NCBI RefSeq assembly: GCF_006345805.1
Contig: NC_043004.1
Location: 47,802,001 to 47,866,000 of the forward strand
Direction: 5' to 3'
DNA from: Octopus sinensis
Taxonomy: Eukaryota
Length of the DNA: 64,000 bases
Shown here piece after piece: positions 24,982 through 38,190 of the stretch; the stretch's first letter is position 1, and each line of letters begins with the position of its first letter. The notes beneath the pieces are model-generated. The model was not told where the DNA came from. It searched no databases and saw only the letters and a list, made by a program, of their open reading frames with translations. Both the position numbers and the translations under genes were made by a program.

Positions 24982-27284
24982 GTCCTCTGTTCTCCAGTCC
25001 TTTTCATTAACGATAAGTCAATTTTGGAGAATTCTTAATTCTTCAGGTTATCTCCCCTTCACCAATGGATCTAATCTTAAATGCCATTTAGTTATCTTCA
25101 GACATAGTCTAGAGGCGGATATAATTTCAGGAAACCAAGAATTTTTCTTGTATGGCATTTGATATACCTGCATTTGTCTATCTTGTTCAAATACACGCAG
25201 CTGACCAATGTCAGTTATTTCACTTAGTTCATTTTTTTCCTATATATATAGGTGCATATGTGAGTTTGCATGGTGTGTGAGAGGGGGAGAGAGAGAGGGA
25301 GAGAAAGTAAGTGTGTGTGTGTGTGTGCGTGCGAGCGTGCGTGTATGTGTGTGTGTGCATGTTTGTGTGGCGGGGGGATTGTTCTCCATCAATTTTGCCG
25401 ATGAAGATTTTGTTGCTCGATTAAGTAATTACCTACCAATTAAATTAACATATAATTCGTCGAATATTCCAGAAAACATAATCAGCGTAACAGTTTCTGT
25501 CCATCCAATTTCACTCAAAAGTTAAGAGTTGTTTCATATAGCAGAAAAAAAAAACTTAAGACCAAGATGTCACACGGAGAGACTGAACCCGGAACCTTGT
25601 ATTTGCGAAGCGAACATTTTACTCTCCCCGCCTTTCAACCACCCCGAAATGGGATTCTGTCATTTGAGCAATACAAGATCTCCATATATCCTGGAATAAC
25701 CAGGATAAATCCGTGAATAACCAGTGGTGGAGCAAAACTTTGTGTAGACTGACAGCTTTCCATATTAAATGCAAATGTATATGTGCACGTGTGTTCCGAA
25801 CTAATGACTTTCAGAGTGTCAAGAATCCACAGATCTTGACTCCCATCTTAATTGTATTAACTTCTTTAGGATTTAGTTAAAGAAGGAAAGGCAGCATCCA
25901 AGAGCCTTTAAGACTGGGCTTGTGAAAAGGATTAAATTATTCTCCGGCGAAGACTTGGCTTGGATGCTTGCAAAACTGAAATCCTTTCTAAACATGCCAG
26001 TATCAAGAGGTGACGTCAAACTGAGCGACCTCTCAAGAACGTGTTCTGTTTTTGAACAACTTTTGTCGTTGTTTCCTTCAGTCAAATTTCATTCATGAAC
26101 CTTTGGTCGACGCAAGGTTACTATAGAAGACACGTAGGGGTATCGAACTGCAAACCACACTATTGCAAGGTAAGCTATTTAACCACTCTGTTATTTCTGC
26201 GCATTACATTTAGATTTATCCTATAAATACAGAACTTTATCCCTTTGTATGTAAACCACGTGAAATACAACGCGGTTGTCCTGTCCTGTCCTGTCCTGAA
26301 TCAAAACGAAATGACTGTAGTGTGATAAGATCTCAAAATTTCAGATAGATATCTGACAATATATCTACTTGCTAATATCACTTCTACATTTCTCCATAAA
26401 GCAAGACATATATATATGACGACGTGCACGTTTGTCTAAGCATGTGTTTGTAGCTGCACAAATTTGTGTGTCTATATGTATATGCATGCGTGCACATATG
26501 TCCGTATGCATCCATATATGTATGTATATATGTATGTCTGTATGTATGTATGCAAATAAGTGTCTATGTTTGATTACTACTTTCAGTATACGTGTCGAGA
26601 TCATTTAACAAATATTCAAACCGAGCACCAGATTACACAGATGTTAATGAATCATGCTATAGATATCGTTGCATTAAGCGAGGCTGCCAAAAGCATCTCT
26701 CCTCATTATGGCTCCCTCTTTCATTCCTTTGTCTCTCCCTCCTCGCTGTCGTTCTCGCACTCACTCACATGCACACTCTCTTTCTTCTCCCTCTCTCTGT
26801 CCTCGCTCTCAATGCTCTCCCCTTCTCCCATTTCTCGTTTCCTCTTTCTCTTTCTCTTTCTCTTTATCCACAACAAGTCTAAACATGATGGGCTTTACAT
26901 GTTAATCATTAAAGCGTATACAAACGATTCATCCGCTCCCAACATCATCATACCACCACACTGCCATATTCTCTACTTGACCAGCAACTAGAAAATTGAT
27001 GTCGTTATTCTCCGTTGCAATTAAAAGTTCGGGAAACAGATTTTAACAAAAGAATGGATCTATATATTGAAGTTGTTTCTCTGACAATGAAATATCTGAA
27101 CAAACTCTCTCTTTCTCTCTTCCTTTCTCTGTTCTCACTTTCTCTCTCTTTCCCCACATACTTTCTCTCTCTCTCTCTCTTTATCTCTCTCTCTCTCTCT
27201 TTCTCTCTGTATCTATCTCATATATAAGTTATCGCGCAGCAAATTTGGTGTATAAACAAACTACATATGTATGCGTGACCAAGA

Positions 27285-27345
<61 letters not shown>

Positions 27346-28149
27346 CATGTATGCATATATGTGTGTGTGTATCACGCATTTTCTGTCATTCATTCCTCTC
27401 CTCCCTGTCTCTATTTATCTACCCCTTTCTCTTATTACTCTCCTTCTATCCGTCTTTTTGACTATATTTCCGTATATACCACTGTGGATACAATGGAACT
27501 TAACGATCTCCGTAGAGCTTCATCCTTATGTATTCAGAGATAATTAGCAACTGACAAGCTGAGAGACAAGACAGTTGCTACTATCTGCGTATACATACAA
27601 ACAGACAGACACACGCACGCATACACGCCCACACACACAAGCACTCACACACATTCACAATCATACACATGCAAACACTTCTGCATATTTACACACATGT
27701 ATACCTGTATATGAATATGTAAACATAACTAATTGCACGTTACCAATTAAATGTAAGTATAAGAGATATTTACACGGCATTTCAGATCTTAATCTAAACA
27801 AAACAGATATATTTTTTTCACAGCTGACGCTCATCTTTTCTTCTTCTGTGTAATAAGTCTCTTTCTTAATTCCAACGTCTTTTATTTGAAGACACAATAC
27901 TCATCTTGATAGTTTAGAAGAAATACTTCTTTTGTTGAATAAAGATATTTCCTAATCCGTAAACTATATTGGTGCGAATACATGCAGTAGCACAGATTCA
28001 CCTGACAGATTAAATGGAGAACGAAACTTCGCAGTTAATCTAACAGATATCCAATTCATCTTTATACCACCTGGAGGCAAAGAGTGATGAAAATCCAAAA
28101 TACATAAGACTGAAACAGTGACAGACATTAAGTTCTATTTTTCTCAGAT

Positions 28150-28620
28150 GGAATTACAACCGTGTTTCGTGGTCTGCTACCACAACAGTTCCTTTATAGG
28201 ATCCAGTTAGCTCAAGACATCATCAGGAGGAACCACGTCCGGTTTCGGACCCTACTCCTCTACCGTTTTGACGTAGCGGGGCTCCCCTTTCGGGGGTGTC
28301 TTCAGCACTGGTGTTGGGTGCATGTCTTCTTTCTTCTGTTCCCTGGCCTCTTCGATGTAGCGTCAACGAGTGTCAGCGGACGACTGACTGACTTGTCAGA
28401 TTGTTGCTTTTAAATACCTGCCGCTAGGCTCAAGCAGGCAGCCCCAGCAAGTTGTCACGTGACACTGTCTCAACTTTAACTGACCAATAAAGGCACGTAG
28501 TCTTAGCCCACGCATTCTCTAAACGACCGTGAACTGTCAGTCAGTGAAGCTAATTCAGTGTCAGCTTGTCTCACCTAGTGATGTTATTTCCAGCCGGCAT
28601 GTTATGACTTTCAAGCCAAT
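28150..28620 (-). mobile_element. Penelope-like terminal (pLTR) fragment with two degenerate hammerhead-like cores
   Basis: Minus strand: tatttaaaagc...cagtcagtc, then CTGAAGA...GAAACCGG and CTGATGA...GAAACACG about 80 nt apart. Confidence 0.5.
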
Positions 28621-28695
28621 TTTGGTCTGTCTGCTTCAGCCATATATAGAAGCTGATGGGAAGATAAATTTCATAGTGTACGTAGCGATAAGGGA

Positions 28696-29961
28696 GGATT
28701 TTCCATAATTTTCCATATTTCAATGGGGTATTTATTCGTATCAAACATAAATTTCAAAATATAATCTTCCGAGACCCCTGTCAGTTACATCTGTTGTTCA
28801 GTAGGACCACAGAAGCATCAAAAGTGGGTTTCAAACGTAATTTTCTACGTGGTATCATGTTTTTAAAAGTCAATATTTCATTGTATTTCTTCAATCAATG
28901 AATTTAAAATAGCAGACTAATCTGTAAATGATTCACATGCAAACCAGCTTTAACATTTTTAATCAGGGGGAAAATATTCATCTGACAGTTACATTTGGGT
29001 AAAAAAAACAAAAAAAGGCATTGATAAAAACTAGACAGTTGTCCTCATGGTGCACAGTAACTGTGTTGGTAAATTAATGGCGCTGTGAGTATTTGGCAGC
29101 GCTGCACCCTCTACTGACGTCGTATTAACTCTTATTGACATCAAATGGCTTTCTATTTGGAAATATATCGTTGGCAGTTTTGTTTCCTCCCCAGGTTTAG
29201 TATTTCTTACAATATATTTTACTATTTTCTCAGGCAAAAAGCCTACTAAAAGACATGAGGAAGTAAGCTGTGTTTTCTTTTTTTTTTTTTTGTTTTCATG
29301 AAGATTGGAATGACGATTAAAAAATATGGATGTGCGTCTGTATGTATGTATGTATGGATGGATGGATGGATGGATGTGTACGTGCATACGTGTGCATGTA
29401 TGTAGGTATTTATGTACGTACGTATGTATGTACACACGTACGTTCGTTCGTTCGTACGTATGTATGTATGTATGTATGTATGTATGTATGTATGTATGTA
29501 TGTATGTATGTATGTATGTATGTATGTATGTATGTATGTATGTATGTATGTATGTATGTATGTATGTATGTATGTGTGTATATGTTGGTTCCACTAGAAA
29601 TTATATTCAAACTTCGTGTTACTACAATAACCTCCTGTACACTAATCTTGTGTGCACCAGGAGGAGCGAGAATTATCTAGATTTTATGAAAATCTTTGTT
29701 TGTTTTTACTCAGATGGAACTCAGTTAGGTGAATATTTTTCCCGATTAAAAAAGGTAATGCTGATTTGTATGTGAACTATTTACAGATTACACTGATGAT
29801 ACTATGTTGAAAATAACATTTTAAACCTGCTTTTGATGCTTTCGAGGCACTAATGAGCTACTGAAGAGTTGATTAAGATCTTGGAAGATACTATTTTGAA
29901 TTTTCTATTTGATATACATAATAATGCCATTTGAAATATGGAAACTTATTATAGAAAACCC
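28696..29961. mobile_element. Old long-TIR (foldback-like) element with ~320-370-bp imperfect inverted arms
   Basis: 28696-29065 aligns to the reverse complement of 29645-29961. Shared blocks include tttccatatttcaa, ttcaaaata..atcttcc, aagcatcaaaag, taatctgtaaat, aaaatattca and tggtgcaca. Roughly 70-75% identity by eye. Confidence 0.7.
29338..29580. repeat. (TATG)n microsatellite
   Basis: Direct reading. Confidence 0.95.
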
Positions 29962-29989
29962 ACATATATAGCAACGTACTTGGTGGTAT

Positions 29990-30500
29990 CAACAGTTCCC
30001 AGATTAGTTCTGTAGTGCACCAACAGATGGCAGCACACCGTTGCGTGTGCAGTGAGAGTTAGCAGTGACCTTCATGAGGCAGTGTGCCGAGTGACATTGC
30101 TGTGTCTACTTCACAAGTCGTGAAATTTGTGTGTTTCTTATCACTTGTATACAATAGTCTGCGATTCTTGTGATGGACAGGAAGTTGGAACAAAGAGCCA
30201 ATGTGAAATTTGGAAAGTCTGCTACAGAGTCATTGAGCATGCTTCGGCTAAATTACGGCGACGAGGCAATGGGTAGTACGTAATGTTTCGAGTGAACCGG
30301 GCGTACGACAGAACTGCAACTCAACCATGTGCATGCTCATCGTTTTTTGCGACATCTACCGCATTGTACATCGATAGTTCGTCCCCCAATGCCAAACCGT
30401 CAATCGAGAGTTCTACTGCGACGCTTTTAAGCGTTTGAGGGAGGACATTCGGCTGAAGGAACCAGATTTGTAGCGCACGAAGAATTGGGAATTTAAGTTC
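29990..30500 (+). pseudogene. Internally deleted mariner transposase relic
   Basis: MDRKLEQRANVKF..GKSATESLSMLRLNYGDEAMG from 30173 is joined to MLIVFCDIYRIVHR*FVPQCQTVNREFYCDAFKRLREDIRLKEPDL. Confidence 0.8.
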
Positions 30501-30537
30501 TAACTACCACGAAGACACCTTTAATATAACTATCCAA

Positions 30538-30925
30538 GGCGGTGAGCTGGCAGAAACGGTAGCACGTCGGGCGAAATGCTTTGCGGTATTTCGTCTGCCG
30601 CTACGTTCTGAGCTCAAATTCCGCCGAGGTCGACTTTGCCTTTCATCCTTTCGGGGTCGATAAATTAAGTACCAGTTACGCACTGGGGTCGATGTAATCG
30701 ACTTAATCCCCTTGTTTGCTCGTTTGTCCCCTCTATGTTTAGCCCCTTGTGGGCAATAAAGAAATAAAAATCGTTAGCACACCGGACAAAATACTTAGCG
30801 GAATTTCGTTGGTCTTTACGTTCTGAGCTCAAATCCTATCATGTTGCCTTCGCCTTTCATTCTTTCGGGGTCGATAAAATAAATACCCGAACTTATTGGC
30901 CTTGTGCCGCCAAAATTTGGAACGA
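30538..30925 (+). mobile_element. Two tandem SINE copies with the same head/core; the first has the Tx1-type tail, the second a different tail
   Basis: ggcggtgagctggcagaaac...tttgtcccctctatgtttagccccttgtgggcaataaagaaataa, then cgttagcacaccggac...ggccttgtgccgccaaaatttggaac. Confidence 0.8.
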
Positions 30926-31926
30926 ATGTAAATATCCACGGGTATGAATCTAGGATATCGTAACCTGTGTCCTTTCATGGTAACATCAATTACTCAAACA
31001 TTGTTCATCAAACAGAAAAGAATTTTTAAAGGGTCAATAAAATGTAGCTTTACATTTATATTTTTTAATGAAGTATTTATAAATATTCTCAAACTACATG
31101 CAACTATCAGTCTCAGTATGTAAATATTTATGCAACATCTTTCCATTACACTTTATTCAATGTCGTCCTTTAAATATATAAAGGTTATCCAAACTTGGAT
31201 TGAAGAGCTTTCACCTCTTTAAGATGTGAGGGAGAAATTCCTACCTACCCTCCCGTGATAATAATCTGAAACTTGCAGAATAAACAAAGTGTGTTTTAAC
31301 ATTATCTTTAAACAAATGTAGCACATATTTCATTCACGTATTACTATCTACCTAATCGTCTATGTATCTCTCTGTATATTTCTCTTTTTATACTCCACTA
31401 TATTTATCTCTTATCATACACACAAACATACATACATACATATAATGGTATATTCGTTGATCTATCTATCTACCAAATGCTATTAGAGTAACGAAGTAAC
31501 CAATATGAATGAAGTGAACAACACAAGAATAGTTTCATGTAAGGCACTCTAGAGATTTTGTATTTAGTAGATTTTTGTCTATATGGGATCATTTGATTAC
31601 ATAGCGAATAGAGTGTTATAGGTCTGTACCAATAATATAGCTAGCCATGCGAGCACATCTTTGTGTGAAGTTTCATGAAAGATAATATTATCTAACAAAA
31701 GATAGCAAACGTGATCTATAATAACATTTTCTCTCCTTACTTGAATGCTTTTCTGCTGCTTTCAACTATAATGAGAATATACACAGAATACAGACTAGTA
31801 CAACTTCCACCTTGGTATCGCTTTTTTTTTTTTTCATCTCGATAAAAATCTAGTGCTTACTCAATTATTGCTCCTGTTATCAGTATCAAATATCGACATT
31901 GTTATAGGAACAATCAATCGCTGTCT

Positions 31927-31997
<71 letters not shown>

Positions 31998-32421
31998 AGC
32001 GTGTGTGTGTGCTTCTATTTGCAAGCGTTAATATGTGCAATTTATAGAAATGACTAGCCGAAGGGTCAAAACTTTTGTATCTCATCACTAGCGCATTGCT
32101 GCATGCATGTCTAATTTATTTAACTCTGAAATCGCCAAAGCAATATAGCTGTAAATTTGCAGTGAGTGTAAGCACAACCCAAACACAAGAGTTTTCATAG
32201 CTCGCAGCGGTGAGTTCAAATTGCCCTCTCTATATACTTGATGTTTTATAAGTTTCTTTTCTGATAAAGAAAGTTTTGATTTCTAGACTTATGTCCGACT
32301 TCCACTTCCAGTTTCGTCAGACCGATATGCGCTCAAAATACTAATTTTTAACTTACTGCAGTTCTTCTGTTGTGTGTGCGAGTATGTGTGTGTATGCGTG
32401 TGTACGTATGTATATATATAT

Positions 32422-32463
<42 letters not shown>

Positions 32464-32466
32464 TAC

Positions 32467-32625
32467 ATTTTTCTCTCCTTGTTTTTTCTGTGTCCCTTTC
32501 TGTAGAAGAGCGTAGGCTCGAAACGTAAAATACTTTTTCTATTCCTCAGCGTTATACTAATACATCTGTTCGTTTGGTACACCACCTGTCTTCGTCTTTT
32601 GTTGTTTTTTTTCGTAAACTCTACT
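32467..32625 (+). mobile_element. (TA)n-flanked ~160-bp repeat with hammerhead-like motif (copy 2)
   Basis: Matches 5985-6150 (-) and 50390-50573. Confidence 0.7.
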
Positions 32626-32662
32626 ATATATATATACAATCAAACATGCATATATATATATG

Positions 32663-32940
32663 AAGGCGCGTGAGTTAGTGGTTAGGGTATTCGGCACGTG
32701 TTCGTAGGGGCTCGAGTTCGATGGCCGGCGGCGAGTTGTGGCCTTGAGCAAGACACTTTATTTCACGGTGCTGCAGGCCACACAATTAACAAAAATGAGT
32801 AGTACCTGTATTGTTATACACTTCGTCACGTTGAATCTCCCTGAGAAATATGTAAAGGAGTACATATGTCTATGGAGTGTTCAGCAACTTGCATGTTAAT
32901 CTCACGAGCAAGCTGTTCCGTTGATCGTGTCAGCTGGGAC
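32663..32940 (+). mobile_element. Decayed tRNA-derived SINE with CORE-like block
   Basis: Box A-like GAGTTAGTGG, box B-like GAGTTCGATGG and CCTTGAGCAAGACACTT. Confidence 0.65.
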
Positions 32941-32994
32941 CGAGAGAGAGCTCCCAAGTCTATAATATACATGTGTGTGTGTGTGTGTGTGTGT

Positions 32995-33259
32995 GTATTT
33001 GTGAGAGACCATTGCTTAATGGTTCGTGTGTTGCACACGCGACTGCGAGATCGTTGTTTCGATTCCTAGACCAGGTAGTGCTTTCTGTTCTTAGACAAAA
33101 CACTTCATCTCACGTGGATCTATTTACCTACTCAGCCAACGTCGATTTCAGAGAGGATGTGCTAATGTACAGCACATACATTTGATCACTATAAAAAAAA
33201 ATTTGCGCAGGTCGTTCGACTAAAGCTGAACACTCATACGTCGTCTTCGGCGTGAGTTG

Positions 33260-33299
<40 letters not shown>

Positions 33300-33574
33300 G
33301 TGTGTGTGTGTATTTGTGAGAGACCATTGCTTAATGGTTCGTGTGTTGCACACGCGACTGCGAGATCGTTGTTTCGATTCCTAGACCAGGTAGTGCTTTC
33401 TGTTCTTAGACAAAACACTTCATCTCACGTGGATCTATTTACCTACTCAGCCAACGTCGATTTCAGAGAGGATGTGCTAATGTACAGCACATACATTTGA
33501 TCACTATAAAAAAAAATTTGCGCAGGTCGTTCGACTAAAGCTGAACACTCATACGTCGTCTTCGGCGTGAGTTG

Positions 33575-33600
<26 letters not shown>
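32995..33600 (+). repeat. Exact 315-bp-period tandem duplication of a decayed SINE plus microsatellite
   Basis: 33001-33259 is identical to 33316-33574. Confidence 0.95.
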
Positions 33601-33607
<7 letters not shown>

Positions 33608-33614
33608 ATGTGTG

Positions 33615-33880
33615 TCGGAGGATTGCGGTTTCGATTCCCAGACCAGGAGTTGTGAGTGTTTAGAGAGCGAAAACACCTAAAAGCTTCATGAGGCTCCGGC
33701 AGGGGGCGGTGGCGATCCCTGCTGTACTCTTTCGCCGCAACTTTCTCTCACTCTTTCTTCTGTTGACCTGCTCGCTTAGCTAACGGGGTGGCGTCACTTG
33801 AAGGCTAAAACAATGCAAAGCGCATTGTTACCAGCGATGTATAGCATCATCTGATAGTCTGGTCGGTCACGGTGATCACT

Positions 33881-33885
<5 letters not shown>
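33615..33885 (+). mobile_element. 5'-truncated SINE (Arg-head family, GGTCACGGTGATCAC tail)
   Basis: Matches the reverse complement of 44047-44341. Confidence 0.8.
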
Positions 33886-33930
<45 letters not shown>

Positions 33931-34667
33931 AAAATGTGGCATGGATTTGAGGCAAAATATCCCAGAAAGCGGCTACTCATGTTTAGGCCAATAATATCTT
34001 GCAGCAGAATACAGTTCATATACCTTCGTCGATGCTGCTATATCAAATGACACCATCACCATAGCATCAAATTGAATGTGGTCCCGCTGATAGACAAAGA
34101 ATCAACAGCAAAATACAACCTCTGATCCATAAACCTGACGTTTTTATATCTGTATCTTTTTGAACTATTAAAATCGGCTTTAAAGACTGCTGTTCCACTC
34201 TTCAAATTTATTTGAAGCCTGGTTATTCTGAAACACATCCGATGCACTAGGCGCTCTTCTTCTCGTCATTAAGTCGATCCAACGAGAGATTCTCTTTGTG
34301 GCCACTCAACTTTCTCGAATTAGTAGACAATTCTCGCTTAAATTTCACACCCACCACTTGTGAGAGAGGTACACTTTAGATGATGAAACGCAGATATCTA
34401 CAGATGGGTTTGGACACGAGTGAGATGCATCTATCGTCGGTTTTCTTAGACTAACTTAAAAGTGATGAAAAGCAATAGAAATTGAAACAATGTACTCGTT
34501 CAATTATTTCATAGCTAGTTTATATACTTGAGGTTGCTGATTCGTTTAAAAAGTATTCGGGTGAATTCAAGTAAAATGGCAACCTCATTAAATAGACTGA
34601 TCTGCTTTTCGTTTTGTTAATCCTATAGATATAGCATTCACTATCCAAAAGCTTTTACTCATGCTTT

Positions 34668-34698
34668 CTATTCTTCTTCTTCTTCTTCTTCTTCTTCT

Positions 34699-34730
<32 letters not shown>

Positions 34731-34734
34731 CTCT

Positions 34735-34772
<38 letters not shown>

Positions 34773-34970
34773 CTCTTCTTCCTCTTCTTCTTCCTCTTCT
34801 TCTTCCTCTTCTCTTCTTCTTCTTTCTTCTTCTTCTTCCTCTTCTCCTTCCTCTTCTTCTTCTTCTTCATCATCATCTTCTTCTTCATCTTCTTCTTCCT
34901 TTCTTCTTCTTCTTCTTCTTCTTCTTCTTCTTCTTCTTCTTCTTCTCCTTCTTCTTCTTCTTCTTCTTCT
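34668..34970. repeat. (CTT)n/(CCT)n polypyrimidine microsatellite
   Basis: Direct reading. Confidence 0.95.
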
Positions 34971-36728
34971 TACAGCATTCACCCGGGGTGGGTTGAGCTG
35001 GTTTCATTCATCCTCAATGCTGCATCTCTCACAAACGCCGACCAGGCTTTCTATGGAACTAAAGGATAAAAAAAACCCTCCCATATTGATAATGTCAGGT
35101 TTACTTTACTGCTGGTTACTAATGTGAAATAAATTATTGCTTCCTTGAGAGATTCCCTTTGGGCTTGTTGTGATTGTTAAAAGCATCCGTTGCAGCAGAT
35201 ATGGTTTGATATGTGGCACGCTGGAGAAGAGAAGAAAGGCAAGTTATTAACATTTATTGCTTTTCCTGTTCTTGTACTTGTCATCGTCGTCGTTATTGTT
35301 GTTGTAGCGGTCACTTTTCTAATATATGTTAACAGTGTTTTTATGATTTTTTTATAGTTGCTATCAATATTTCAACCCAGTCGACGTTTTGCAAACTAGG
35401 AAAATACCAATTAATTTCCACCTAACGATTAACAAGAAGTAAAGTTTCTTTGCCATTTAGTTAGAATTCATTAACCTTATTTTGTCAAACAAGTGCGCGG
35501 CTCAAAAATAACATTTTGATGAATTTCAGTCTGCGAGATTACGCTCCAGATTTGAGACTATTTCGATAATTTCAGGTTTTGTGTCATCTCAAAAGATATG
35601 CTATTAACAATACAACAAACGTTGTGATCCCTAGTAATATCACTTCACTTCTTTTGTCAGTTGCCGTTTCAGAGCGTTCCAAATTACACCCTTTATTGTT
35701 TTACCCTTCTCTGTATTTCTCTCTCCGTTACCCCTATTAAATGTTGGTTGCTTTTTTTGTATCATATCACATCTCAAGTTTTAGATAATTACAGTTCATT
35801 CATGTATGCATCTCAAAGCTAAATGTTTATTATTTATTGTAACCTTGCAAGTGTTGCTTGTTTATTATTCCACACCTATCGAAATTCTGGTTATATATTG
35901 CTTAATATCTCTCCAAAAATTGCTTCCTTGTTGTTCCACTAGACACCAAATCTTCATTTGTGTTTTAGTAAGGTTATTTCTACAGATATTGTGTAGATGT
36001 TATAGCCGGCACTGATTTTTGGCACAATGTTTCGTTTCGAGACGTCCGATATAAACAGATAAATCTTTAATATGATCAAAGACAAAAGTGGGTAATGCTC
36101 CTTCTAACCAACTATTGCCTCTGAACACATGGCCAATATAGCCACCGTATACAACGGTGTTAAGTTATTGGATATACCAATTTACATATTAGACGCATTC
36201 CTGAGGCTGGTATGTAAACCTTAAAGATTTGTAGGTACGTGGTACTTCGTTATGCGAACATTAATATTTATTTGCATGTCTAATTGATATTTTACACAAC
36301 TGTAAGACTTTGTTAAAATGTTTTTTTTTTTTGAAGTCTTACGCCATTCCAAATTTACGTTCTTTGTTTTCCTGTCATAACTCTAAGTCTTTCTTAATAC
36401 CATTATAAACGAGGATTTCTTGTTGTTTCTGACTTGTCAACCTATTGTAAGTTTTGGTTGCGTGTTTATTGCTTCACACTTTTTCCAAGTCGTTATTTCT
36501 TGTTTTACACCAATCCAAGTCTATTCTTTGCAATTGGACGCCAATGTATACCATTTATTGTGTCCTACTTATCCATAGTGTTTGTCATTTGCTATTCACA
36601 TCTCTCTAACTATTGGTGTTTTTTTATATATTGTCTCAACGTTCTCTAAGTGTTGGTTCTTCATCGCAGTATAGTATTTCAGAATCCCGCAAGCCCCGTT
36701 TATTTATCATTTATTTATGGATCTTTTC

Positions 36729-37143
36729 GGTTTGAACGGCAGTCTTTTCTAGCGGTTTAATATGAAATTGTCACCCATAATTATGACCCTAGTATCGATC
36801 TATTGCATTTCAATCTGTTTTAGGGTTAGTTAGGGTTAGGGTTAGGGTTAGGGATGGGGGGAAGGGTATCATTTTTTCTTCACAAATGTAAATAAACCCA
36901 ATCTGTTTCTTAAACGAGGGACATATTCATACGGCATAGAATGTTTTTTTTACCTCAATAGACGTATTTGATTGGTTGAAATTGCAGAAATTGAAGAAAA
37001 AAACAACAAATATCTTACAAACTATAAAAATTTTCTCAATAAAGCCAAGAGAAAGAGATGTTTTATAAACACATTCTACCAGTATACGAAGTTAAAAATT
37101 TTTTAGTTACCTAGAAATTATGTTAAAAACTGCCGTTCAAACC
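36729..37143. mobile_element. 415-bp MITE with 19-bp TIRs and internal (TTAGGG)5
   Basis: ggtttgaacggcagtcttt (36729-36747) / aaaaactgccgttcaaacc (37125-37143). TTAGGG units at 36820-36853. Confidence 0.8.
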
Positions 37144-37401
37144 ACATCAGTGTTGGTATATTGTTCCTTCACAAACCATCAACGTTTGATTGTTTACTAC
37201 AATACACTACTTTTGTCACTTGCCACTGAACCCCACAAGTAATGGTTGGTAATTCTTTTCACTTTTTCTTAGTTATACTCAACTGCAAATATTCATGATT
37301 ATATTTAACATTACTTCACGTCTTCGCGGTTTTTTTCTTTTTTCTTTCATACTTTCCAACTGGGAAGAAAGATTCTTTTATGCTTCTATTGTTTCACCCG
37401 T

Positions 37402-37690
37402 GGAGGGACATGGCCTTGTGGTTAGAGCAGTGGACTCGCGGTCGAGGAATCGCGGGTTCAAATCTCAGACCGGGCGATGTGTGTGTTTATGAGCGAAAAA
37501 CCTAAGTTCCACGCGGCTCCGGCAGAAGGTAATGGCGAACTTCTGCTGACTCTTTCGCCACAACTTTCTCTCATTCTTTCCTCTTGCAGCTCACCTGCGA
37601 CGGACCGACGTCGCGTCCTGGTGGCGAACATATACGCCAAGGAAACCGGGAAACCGGCCCTATGATCCAGGCGTGGCTCGAGAAAGAACA
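37402..37690 (+). mobile_element. Full-length SINE (Arg-head family, third tail variant)
   Basis: Box A TGGCCTTGTGG, box B GGTTCAAATC, and body shared with 16601-16904. Confidence 0.8.
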
Positions 37691-37926
37691 AACATTGTTT
37701 CACCCACGATAAGTTCTTATTGTATCATGTTTCAAATAACACCAGCTTTTGGTTGTGTTTTGTTTATTATTACACCTCACTACAGATACTGTTGGTTCTC
37801 TATTTACTATTTCTCTTTTCACACCATTACAATTGTTGTTCGTTGATATTTTTTAAAATCTTGAGACAACTGAAGCGTTGCTTATTTTTTCTTTGTTAAC
37901 ACCTCTCTGCATGTTTATAGATTCGA

Positions 37927-38190
37927 GGATATATGGCTCAGTGGTTAGTGTTTTACACTCACTATCGTGAGATCATGGTTTCCATTCCTGGATCGGGTGG
38001 TACGTTTTCTTCTTGAGCAAAATCTCCATCTCACGTTATCCTGTTATCATTTCGACATTTGAAATGTGATACACCGTACAAATCGTTCAGGAATTATCCA
38101 ATTTAAACGAAGGAGCGAGCTAATGTATATCAAAAACATTTGATCACTATAAACAAATACTTTGTGCCGGTTGTTCATCAAGAAACCACA
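37927..38190 (+). mobile_element. Decayed CORE-like SINE
   Basis: TGGCTCAGTGG, TTCTTGAGCAAAA and catttgatcactataaa, the last shared with 33001-33259. Confidence 0.6.

Noticed and set aside
29793-29815. CTGATGA here and at 45615 as further hammerheads
   Set aside because: No closable stem II followed by GAAA and NUH, and no helix I.
36820-36853. Telomere or chromosome-fusion scar
   Set aside because: Only five units, enclosed by TIRs of a MITE.
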